Origin: Amphiscolops sp. MND2022
Taxonomy: Eukaryota
Reading direction: 5' to 3'
Assembly: GCA_964187785.1 (NCBI GenBank)
Contig: OZ076421.1
Coordinates: forward strand, 34,410,001 to 34,474,000
Length of the DNA: 64,000 bases
Position numbers and translations under genes: made by a program. Below the pieces are notes generated by a model. The model made no database searches. It was not told where the DNA came from and worked only from the letters and a program-made list of their open reading frames with translations. Positions 48,401 through 60,400 of this stretch are shown piece after piece; position 1 is the stretch's first letter; the number at the start of each line of letters is the position of its first letter.

Positions 48401-51400
48401 GTTTGGTGCCGAAAGAATCATTTTGCACAATGATTGAGAAAACTCTCATCAGTCCCACAGGACTAAAAAATAATCAGAGGTTACCCTTAAGGAGTCCTCT
48501 ATGTTCGCAAAACGTTTCTTGTAAAAATTGAGGGGGAGTTTTGATTTTAAAAAATTAGAGAATAGTCGCATAGAAAAAGCGCTGGTCTTAAAGTAAAATT
48601 CGGATACAGGATACCGCGTGCTGTGCCACTGAGAAAACCTACTTTTCAAAGTTAAGTTAAGCCGAAAAACATTTTTGAAAAATCTCACAAGGCCAAAAAT
48701 TCCAAAAGGGGACCCTTTGGTCTTTTTGAGAATCCAATTTGTTGCAAAATATGAAAACAAATTGAAGGGAGACCCTTTGAAGACTTCAAAAAATTCCGAA
48801 AAAATCTTACAAAGCCGAAAAATTGACGGGGAAACCTTTAGTCTCGTCCGTTTTTGCAAAAGCACAAAAAGTTGCTGGATGAAGCTGGGACTCGAACCGG
48901 CGACTCGATGGGGAACGTTGCTATTCGCGAATACTCTCAATAGTTACATCACTTAAAGCTCATTGTCGAACGGAGCTACCAATCACAATTTAGAATTCAA
49001 TTGGTTTCTACATTATTATCGAGCAGCTATACTTCCCATCACCAATATCACAAACTATAAAAGTTCACACCGCCTTTGATTCTTCGCGGGCTGAAGAAAA
49101 TACTACTACTAAGTTCGCATTCGCATGACGTCGTTTCGCATTGGTATTTGAGTACAAGCGAAGCTCTCGGAGTACGAATAAATAACTCTCGTTCATTTCA
49201 TCTCAATGAACTCGGCGAGCGAATATTTAGAATTCGTTTGCTTCATCTGATTAACCCGGAATGAAGGTGTAATTTTCTGGATGCATCCAAAAATCTGGTG
49301 CTTAAACTTTAAACCGCAATATCTCCAAAACTATTCGAATCCGACAAACGATTTATACAGCGTCCAAAAGAGGAGCATCAGGCCTTTCTAATCAATTTTT
49401 AAACTGCTGGGATTCGCCGCGCTGGCTCCGGACTTTGCGCCAAAACTTTGCACGCGTGGCGTCTCTTGCTGCAGTTCAGCTTGTTTCAAAACATGCTAGG
49501 GTCCCTTTGACTTAATCTTGTCCCCAGTATTATAAAGTGGCCACACAGGAAAACAGGGAAATTGGAAATTTTACGCTAATTTTTTTTTGATTTTTTGGTC
49601 CCGTTTTTTTATTTCGGAGAGATCAAGTCAACAATCCGTGAAAACGCGTGCAATTCTATGTTGTTTTGTCTGAAAATCTTATTCAAGAGTTTTCTTTACC
49701 ATACGGTGGGCTGGTGCCTTTAGAAGTCAGCAGATCTTAAGTGGTGCAAATACGTACCGCAATAATAATAGGTTAAAAGCACTGCCTCGCTGCTACCTTA
49801 ATGAAATAAACTAGCCAAAGACTTGAAGTAGCACTGCCTCAATTGCAGAATTGGGTCGATAATAAGTCAGGAAAAATATTTACGGCTTCTATAACATTTC
49901 AGCTCATGCTAAAATATTGAAAACAATGAAAGCGACAAGAGCCAACATATTGTGCATTCCCTCAATTCAACCATCCCGGAATCTCGAATTGCATCTTTTG
50001 AATCAGTTCTATTACGTTAGCACTGTTGTTTTACAATAATAAAGGTGTGGATTTTACGAAGAGTTCTCTCACGGAAAACTAGCGCGAATAGTTTCAGAAA
50101 AAAAACACTGCAGAATTCACTTTCGATTCCGACGACGCAAGCTTCCTCAATCATCCAAGTGAAACGACAAACCAAGTCAAAATTAGTCAAGTCTAACTGA
50201 AAAAAAACCTTACTTCTTTGCACTTAGAGTCGTAGCTTTCTTGAAGCATTCGCTCAAGAAAGTCATCTCCCATTTGATTGGCCGCCGAAATTCTCGCTTG
50301 CAACCCTTCACATTCGGATTCTGAGCTTGATCTCCGCTGACGATCTTTCTGTGAGTTTTCATAACAATTTTATTAGATATTAAATCATGCCAAAATTAAT
50401 AGGAAAAACAAAACAATTCAGCAACTGACCTAAACTATCTCTCCGGTGGTCGCCCAATGAAATTGAATGTTACTGATTAAGTTTCGACAACTGGCTAATA
50501 ACGATCAGTGGAACAGGATTTGATGATGAATCAATGTCCTTCACGGTGACTCCTTCGCCAACTTTGAAAAGTCCCCACGTAAAATTTAATGCATCAAGAG
50601 AACGAAAAGTAGTTATTGCCGTGAAACAAAAATTTCGGTGGACTTTGGAAAGCAAACGAATCTACTTCATTAAGGACACGAGTGTATACGGGCCCATGAG
50701 ACTAAAAACTAGAGGCAGAACGTCTTTACACACGACCGAGGGAAAAATTTTCTTAACAATTGGTCACTTGCCAAAGACAGCAACTGCTATCCACAGGTTT
50801 GTTAGCTCAAAATGAGATTGTTCCAAAAACTTTTACCTTTTCAAAACTTTCTTCATTCTCATAACTTCTATTTCTATTTGCACGACAATTAAGTCTCGTG
50901 AATTCAAGACGAGAGGCAATAGAATAGTGTTACAGAAGATCCGAACATCGTTCAAAAAATTTCACTATGCTTGGTAATTAGCAAATATTAGGCAGGTAAA
51001 AATCTGCAAGACCAAAAAATCTAAAGGCAGAAGCGATTGTGGTACGGTAGAAATCATATCTAAGAACTTCGTGAAAAAAGGTACACTTGATTCAATCTAT
51101 ATATCACTAACTTCATTCACACTTCCTTTGCAAGGAAATGGGGAAACTAAAGAGAAAAACGATACTGGACATCATTGGACATTATATAGAAGTGCCATTT
51201 CCAGCTTCTTTCAATAGGATTGCAGGATTTTGCGAAAATGAAACAAAATGTCAAAAATAGGATTCACCTGAGACAGTCTAAAATTCAATTGAGATGAAAG
51301 AGACAAATCACATGCAATCTTTGGAGTTTCACGACAAAATTATAACAAAAACGATTTTTATGGATGCTTCTTGAAGGCAACATCAGCTGTATCACACTCT

Positions 51401-54400
51401 CTTCACCAAATCTTTTCTAAAATACAACAAACTGCTACTTTCCCGGAAAGCTGGAAAATGGGTGTTGTAACACCAGTCTGGACCAGTCTCGAAGAAGGGC
51501 GACAAAATCGCAGTAGAAGACCACAGACAAATATCACTGCTACCAATTGCATCAAAAGCCTTTGAGAGATTCATTTTTATAGATTTATACAAACACTGCT
51601 CGACCATATTGAACAATCCCCAATATGAATTCCGTAGAAGACACTCAGCTGCACTACAATTACTTGTTTACAAGGAACATCTTTACAAATCTGTTAAACA
51701 GGGTACTGAATTTGAAGTGGTGTACATTGATTTTGAAAAAGCTTTTGACAAAGTTGACCCGGTGTCATTCTTCGCAAGTTGTGGCAAATCGGCGTTAGAG
51801 GCAAGCTGTGGATGACAATAAAATCGTATCTACAAAACCGAAGACAGGTTGTCAAAGTTGGCAATTCCTTTTCCAAAATAGTTGGGAAATATGAATAGTG
51901 GGGTTCCAGAAGGCTCACTGCTAGAGCCACTCTTGTTTCTGATACTAATCAATGACCTTCTCGATGTCTGCGTCTCCAGCGACTGCCTCGCGTGTGCAGA
52001 TGACGAGAAAAGTATGAGCCGTATGGACTCAGCACTGTTCCAAATCGATCTTTAAAAATTCAGTGAGTGGTGCCTAAGGAACGTTATGCCATTTAATGCC
52101 ATGAAATGCAAACTTCTGAGCTCTGCTAGCTCACCTAGCGCAATATCGATTTCCAACTTCCCGGTCAAGGCGGTCATCACTTATAAAGACCTAGGCTTGT
52201 GCATCAATACTAGCTTAACATGGGATGAGCACATACAATACAAATGTTCCCAAGCAATAAGTCTTTTTCATGATCAAACGAAACTCTGCAAATCTGTCAG
52301 TGATAGGCAAAGTAAACTTGTACAAAACGATGACTCTTCCTATTATAACATACGCGAGTCAATGCTGGTATGCTACAACGACTTCATTTATAAAGCTTTA
52401 TAAAGACGAGCTGTTAAATGGATAACGTTCGATAAAGATCACCGCAGTGGCCTTATCTCAACAAATCTCCTACCACTATCACTGTACTTACAGTTACTGG
52501 ACCTCATGATGCTTTCAAAAGTTATCAATGGTGGTTGTGACATTGACTACTCTAGTTTCGTCACTGTTATTAATAAGCCAAACAGCATTTACCCTACGCG
52601 CCTAGACTTGCGAACTCGGTTAGCTATCGAGAAACCACGAACGAGAAAAGAACAGTGCTTTTGGTACAGGGCACCAGCCACTGTAAATCGGATTGCAACT
52701 GCGGTAGACTTCTTCAACGCTGTTAACCTCGAAGCTAGAATTATCAAATACATGTGGCTTATTATATCGAAGGTGACTCCGACTCTTGGAGAGTATGACA
52801 ACTCAGAAGATGTCCCTTCACGGTCTTGCAATTACCTTTGTATACATTTCTAAGTCAAGTGCACGATGTTTCTGAACTGACTGAGAAATTGAACCAGAGA
52901 AGTAAACGAGATATGAAAATAAAAATTGGTCCTCGAAATTTGTGAAAATTCGACATTTTGAACCATCATTTCTCGAAATTGAAAACAAAATGCAAAAATC
53001 AGTTCCGTTCAAATATTCGAAGCATTTAAGGATTTTTATCTGCTCGTCTTCTGCATGTGATTTGTTGATTGAAAACCTGGAATGCTCAAAAATTTAGAAA
53101 ATTAATTAACTTGATTTGATTTTTGATTGAGCCTGAAAAAAGTGAAATTTTCGATGCAATAAATTGGCTGGATGATTTTTGCCTGCTCATAAAATGTGTA
53201 TTTTATGACGTAGTTTGTTGGTCTGTTTTTTCCAAAGTTTGCCGTAGTCCCTTTTCTCAAGTTTGTGACAACTTCGAAAAATGGCGACAAAAATTGCATA
53301 GATGTATGAATGGCAATTTTCAGATATAGATAACTTTCAATATACCCAATCAACAAATGATTATTTTTGAAAGTGTTCAAAAGGACGTTTGTAGACCCTT
53401 CCGGGCTGAAAGTAGTCACGGTATTGAGTGGGCACCTTGTTTACGGAGTTTTCTTGGAAGATTGAGCCGTTTTTTTTCTTGGAAATAGTTTCTAAAATGC
53501 AAATCAACTTGTTCATTTCTTTTTTGTTTTTTTTTCGTTCACTTCAACTGTGAATGCTTTTCACTTTGCTTTAGTTAGAATTAATCGCTGTGAAAATTTA
53601 ACTGTGATAATTTATCTTTAGTAAGAGTTTTAACACTGTGTTAAAAAAGAAATTTCCGTATCTAGCTTTTCCGTCAACGTTTTTTCAAGCCGCATGCTGA
53701 TCAATTTTAACCTCAATTCCTGTTTTCATTCGCGGCTGATGCAAATGCTCGATTTTTTGGTAGGTTTGCATATCTGGTTTTCCCCGAAAATTGAACTCAA
53801 CTCTCCGCTCCTTCAATTCAGGGTTTTGACCTCGCTAATTCTCTAAAAAGCATTTTCCCGAACGGTTAAATATTTGGTCTAAAGAATGTTAGATGATGAA
53901 ATGATTGTTTTTACAAGAGAAAATGTCGGAAATTTTATACTTTGTGGACTTTATGAAAGGAAAAATTGAGTTTTTCGACATGTATTTTGAAACTTTGTGT
54001 ATACTCTGAAGAAATTTTGGTATTTCACATGCTTAGTTGCCGCTAATTTGAATCGCTAATGAAATCGCTAAAAATTCCTATGTGGCCGCTAATTCGCTAA
54101 ACCGCTAACTAGTGGTGTCAAAACTCTGCTGCAAGTATGATAGTTGTATAACTGGTAATGTGTCGTCCTCAAGTATTTAAACCGCAGTATCTCCAAAACT
54201 ATTCGAATCCGACAAACGATTTATACAGCGTCCAAAAGAGGAGCATCAGGCCTTTCTAATCAATTTTTAAACTGCTGGGATTCGCCGCGCTGGCTCCGGA
54301 CTTTGCGCCAAAACTTTGCACGCGTGGCGTCTCTTGCTGCAGTTCAGCTTGTTTCAAAACATGCTAGGGTCCCTTTGACTTAATCTTGTCCCCAGTATTA

Positions 54401-57400
54401 TAAAGTGGCCACACAGGAAAACAGGGAAATTGGAAATTTTACGCTAATTTTTTTTTGATTTTTTGGTCCCGTTTTTTTATTTCGGAGAGATCAAGTCAAC
54501 AATCCGTGAAAACGCGTGCAATTCTATGTTGTTTTGTCTGAAAATCTTATTCAAGAGTTTTCTTTACCATACGGTGGGCTGGTGCCTTTAGAAGTCAGCA
54601 GATCTTAAGTGGTGCAAATACGTACCGCAATAATAATAGGTTAAAAGCACTGCCTCGCTGCTACCTTAATGAAATAAACTAGCCAAAGACTTGAAGTAGC
54701 ACTGCCTCAATTGCAGAATTGGGTCGATAATGTCAGAAAAAATATTTACGGCTTCTATAACATTTCAGCTCATGCTAAAATATTGAAAACAATGAAAGCG
54801 AGAAGAGCCAACATATTGTGCATTCCCTCAATTCAACCATCCCGGAATCTCGAATTGCATCTTTTGAATCAGTTCTATTACGTTAGCACTGTTGTTTTAC
54901 AATAATAAAGGTGTGGATTTTACGAAAAGAGTTCTCTCAAGGAAAACTAGCGCGAATAGTTTCAGAAAAAAAAACACTGCAGAATTCACTTTCGATTCCG
55001 ACGACGCAAGCTTCGTCAATCATCCAAGTGAAACGACAAACCAAGTCAAAATTAGTCAAGTCTAACTGAAAAAAACCTTACTTCTTTGCACTTGGAGTCG
55101 TAGCTTTCTTGAAGCATTCGCTCAAGAAAGTCATCTCCCATTTGATTGGCCGCCGAAATTCTCGCTTGCAACCCTTCACATTCGGATTCTGAGCTTGATC
55201 TCCGCTGACGATCTTTCTGTGAGTTTTCATAACAATTTTATTAGATATTAAATCATGCCAAAATTAATAGGAAAAACAAAACAATTCAGCAACTGACCTA
55301 AACTATCTCTCCGGTGGTCGCCCAATGAAATTGAATGTTACTGATTAAGTTTCGACAACTGGCTAATAACGATCAGTGGAACAGGATTTGATGATGAATC
55401 AATCAATGTCCTTCACGGTGACTCCTTCGCCAACTTTGAAAAGTCCCCACGTAAAATTTAATGCATCAAGAGAACGAAAAGTAGTTATTGCCGTGAAACA
55501 AAAATTTCCGCGGACTTTGGAAAGCAAACGAATCTACTTCATTAAGGACACGAGTGTTATACGGGCCCATGAGACTAAAAACTAGAGGCAGAACGTCTTT
55601 ACACACGACCGAGGGAAAAATTTTCTTAACAATTGGTCACTTGCCAAAGACAGCAACTGCTATCCACAGGTTTGTTAGCTCAAAATGAGATTGTTCCAAA
55701 AACTTTTACCTTTTCAAAACTTTCTTCATTCTCATAACTTCTATTTCTATTTGCACGACAATTAAGTCTCGTGAATTCAAGACGAGAGGCAATAGAATAG
55801 TGTTACAGAAGATCCGAACATCGTTCAAAAAATTTCACTATGCTTGGTAATTAGCAAATATTAGGCAGGTAAAAATCTGCAAGACCAAAAAATCTAAAGG
55901 CAGAAGCGATTGTGGTACGGTAGAAATCATATCTAAGAACTTCGTGAAAAAAGGTACACTTGATTCAATCTATATATCACTAACTTCATTCACACTTCCT
56001 TTGCAAGGAAATGGGGAAACTAAAGAGAAAAACGATACTGGACATCATTGGACATTATATAGAAGTGCCATTTCCAGCTTCTTTCAATAGGATTGCAGGA
56101 TTTTGCGAAAATGAAACAAAATGTCAAAAATAGGATTCACCTGAGACAGTCTAAAATTCAATTGAGATGAAAGAGACAAATCACATGCAATCTTTGGAGT
56201 TTCACGACAAAATTATAACAAAAACGATTTTTATGGATGCTTCTTGAAGGCAACATCAGCTGTATCACACTCTCTTCACCAAATCTTTTCTAAAATACAA
56301 CAAACTGCTACTTTCCCGGAAAGCTGGAAAATGGGTGTTGTAACACCAGTCTGGACCAGTCTCGAAGAAGGGCGACAAAATCGCAGTAGAAAACCACAGA
56401 CCAATATCACTGCTACCAATTGCATCAAAAGCCTTTGAGAGATTCATTTTTATAGATTTATACAAACACTGCTCGACCATATTGAACAATCCCCAATATG
56501 AATTCCGTAGAAGACACTCAGCTGCACTACAATTACTTGTTTACAAGGAACATCTTTACAAATCTGTTAAACAGGGTACTGAATTTGAAGTGGTGTACAT
56601 TGATTTTGAAAAAGCTTTTGACAAAGTTGACCCGGTGTCATTCTTCGCAAGTTGTGGCAAATCGGCGTTAGAGGCAAGCTGTGGATGACAATAAAATCGT
56701 ATCTACAAAACCGAAGACAGGTTGTCAAAGTTGGCAATTCCTTTTCCAAAATAGTTGGGAAATATGAATAGTGGGGTTCCAGAAGGCTCACTGCTAGAGC
56801 CACTCTTGTTTCTGATACTAATCAACGACCTTCCCGATGTCTGCGTCTCCAGCGACTGCCTCGCGTGTGCAGACGACGAGAAAAGTATGAGCCGTATGGA
56901 CTCAGCACTGTTCCAAATCGATCTTTAAAAATTCAGTGAGTGGTGCCTAAGGAACGTTATGCCATTTAATGCCATGAAATGCAAACTTCTGAGCTCTGCT
57001 AGCTCACCTAGCGCAAAATCGATTTCCAACTTCCCGGTCAAGGCGATCATCACTTATAAAGACCTAGGCTTGTGCATCAATACAAGCTTAACATGGGATG
57101 AGCACATACAATACAAATGTTCCAAAGCAATAAGTCTTTTTCATGATCAAACGAAACTCTGCAAATCTGTCAGTGATAGGCAAAGTAAACTTGTACAAAA
57201 CGATGACTCTTCCTATTATAACATACGCGAGTCAATGCTGGTATGCTACAACGACTTCATTGCGTACACTTGAAGCTTTATAAAGACGAGCTGTTAAATG
57301 GATAACGTTCGATAAAGATCACCGCAGGGGCCTTATCTCAACAAATCTCCTACCACTATCACTGTACTTACAGTTACTGGACCTCATGATGCTTTCAAAA

Positions 57401-60400
57401 ATTATCAATGGTGGTTGTGACATTGACTACTCTAGTTTCGTCACTGTTATTAATAAGCCAAACAGCATTTACCCTACGCGCCTAGACTTGCGAATTCGGT
57501 TCGCTATCGAGAAACCACGAACGAGAAAAGAACAGTGCTTTTGGTACAGGGCACCAGCCACTGTATATCGGATTGCAACTGCGGTAGACTTCTTCAACGC
57601 TGTTAACCTCGAAGCTAGAATTATCAAATACATGTGGCTTATTATATCGAAGGTGACTCCGACTCTTGGAGAGTATGACAACTCAGAAGATGTCCCTTCA
57701 CGGTCTTGCAATTACCTTTGTATACATTTCTAAGTCAAGTGCACGATGTTTCTGAACTGACTGAGAAATTGAACCAGAGAAGTAAACGAGATATGAAAAT
57801 AAAAATTGGTCCTCGAAATTTGTGAAAATTCGACATTATTTTGAACCATCATTTCTCGAAATTGAAAACAAAATGCAAAAATCAGTTCCGTTCAAATATT
57901 CGAAGCATTTAAGGATTTTTATTTCTCAAGAAAACCTTGGTTGACGGCCAGAATTGAAAAAAAAACGATTCTTTTTACAAAGTGAACTTTGGCATTTTGA
58001 TGTTGAAAAAAAAACATAAAACTGTACGATATCTAATACTCCTTCGGGAATTTTTTCCTAGGTCGCAAAATCACTGAATTCATCCATCAAAAAAGTCACA
58101 GCTTGATTTCTATGCTGTAAAGGCAGCGCACTTAAGAATAAGGAGACATTCAAACAACTACATCAAATATTGTAAATCAGACACTTTGAGTGTCAGATTC
58201 CAATGTTTATTGCACAATTTCAAAGTGAAAAAATCTTGCCTTCAATCGACCCCTATAGCAAACAAAATGTCACCAATAATAAAAAAGGCTAAATACGGAG
58301 AAACAATGGTCGTTAGTTGACTAGAACGGCACGAACTTTTTCGAAGAATTTTGGGAAAATTTATAACAAGTCATTCGATTTGATAGACTACCCCCAATTG
58401 ACAGACCTTAATATAATACGAATAAAAAACTGAACTTTTGATTCGGAAAATTTGCTGATAAAAACTGCTTGAAAATGAATGACTTTGAACATCAGCTTTT
58501 TTCCGAAGTTTAAAATTTTAAGGCAGCTTTTTGCGAAGTTTCACCTTTTGAAAAAAAACGACGTCCTATCTTCTTTAAAAACACCCACCGAATAGCGTCA
58601 TATACCTAAGAAGAGAACTTTTTCTTCGAGTACGCTTGATACCACGTTAAGGGTTGCATTCCAGAAAAAAACATCTGATTGCTTACTTCTTTGCATTTGG
58701 ATGCATAGTTCTCCTTCAACATGCCTACAAGGAAGTCATCGCCATTTCTTTCAGCTGCCGAAATTCTCTCTTCCAAAGTCCTGCATTGAGCTTCGTTCTC
58801 AGAACTCGATCGGCGAATTCGATAACTCATATACTGTAATTTGAAACTTGCCACTCTATTGAAAAGCAAAAAACCACAGCTGCAATCGAACTAAACTGAA
58901 GTGTCTCCCTAGTAGAGCCTGTTTTTGGACAATTCTACAAAGATTTCTTTTTAGAAATCGAAAGTTACTGAGAAGGCCAGAAACGATACCATATATACGT
59001 AAAACTGGAAAATGGAAGAAGTTTTAAAATGAGACCTTGACAAAAACTAAACCAATTAAAATCTACGGAGAAGAGACAAGCAGAAAGACGAAAATTCTAT
59101 TTTTGAACCAAGAAGTTCACCCCCTGGCATTGAGTAAGTTATGCGGTTCCCATCAAAGACTAAACTGCTGGGCTATACAACCAACTCAGGTGAGTGTCCG
59201 GATAATTCAGATCTTCGTTCAAGTCGTATGTATCTGAGACCCCATTTCGCGACGACTAAAGTTAAGACCACCCGGTTATTTCGTATTTCTCATTATTCGC
59301 AAAATTTTATTCAATCCCTAGCGATACGAATTAGGCGGATTCAACTATACTCAAGTACCAACTGGAAGTCTTTTATTAACTCGGCGTTTACTGTTAAGAC
59401 AAAATCGACAAATTAGAGATTTTAAAAAGACGGTTGCGACGAAAAGGATATGGCGGCCGATTTGTGATTCACATGACAATTGGACTAGTGGTTTGAGCGC
59501 AGGACTTGAGGCAGAACCATGGGGTTCAAATCTCACTACTGTTCGATTTTTTGCACCGGCTCAGAGCTGTTCTCAACTTGAAGAAACAACCCAATATCAA
59601 TAGAACAACTCAATTGAGGCTCAAAACGCAGTTTGAGAAACTTTTGAAGCCCATGAAATCTTAGTACTGACTGAAAACATCATAAAAATCCAAAACAAGG
59701 AAAACAAGCAACTGTTGCCCATATAGGGCGTTTTGTTCAAAAAAAGCTGTTTTTCGGGTATTTGCACGGAACAAACCGTGGCTTCTAATTTTAAATAGAC
59801 CGGAAACGACCCAAGTCGGCGCCTCGCTCAAGGCTCAAAAAGAGCAAACTGTTTTGAAAATGCGAAGGCACACCATTGTTTTTTAAAATCAAATTTACAG
59901 CGTCAAAAATACTCGAAGGGATACCCATAAGACTCGAAAAACCGCTTTTTTCTTAGCTCGAAAGTTTTCAAAAAGTTTTTTCTTCCGGAAAAAGTCGAAC
60001 CCTTTGTTATCCCTCTACTTTTGCAAGCATAAAAATCTTGGTTTAATACGGGACTCGAACCACGTGTTCCTGCTTCACTAGGCCCTGAAATCCATGTTTT
60101 ACCACTGGGCCAAGAGGCCGGGCCACTTCAGTAAATTCAATTTTAATTCAATATTCCATTCAAATTTTACAAAAGTGGACGTTTCACGGTGACTGAAGAA
60201 AAAAACGTGGTACTGTAAGAGGCTTGCACCGACTAAAACGCCGACTAAAGAAGATAACGAATACAGGACATTCCAGTCCATTAATACTTACCTCAACGCA
60301 CTTTTCTTGATAACTCTCTTGCAGCGTTTTCTCGAGAAATTCGTCGTTCAAACCCTTGACCAGTGCAATTTTCTGTTCAAGAGTCTGACACTCTTCAGAA

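Larger units (their letters stand above)
49308..53039 (+). repeat. Recent tandem duplication, unit 1 (~3.73 kb)
   Basis: Near-identical to 54176-57922 (offset 4868-4883). Confidence 0.95.
54176..57922 (+). repeat. Recent tandem duplication, unit 2
   Basis: ORF-track duplicates, e.g. 51371/56244, 51609/56482, 52086/56959, 52506/57386. Confidence 0.95.

Noticed and set aside
60050-60125. Possible tRNA gene (good A and B boxes)
   Set aside because: No convincing cloverleaf or acceptor stem; continues into a repeat body, so treated as a SINE head. The same applies to the degenerate plus-strand head at ~59483-59540.
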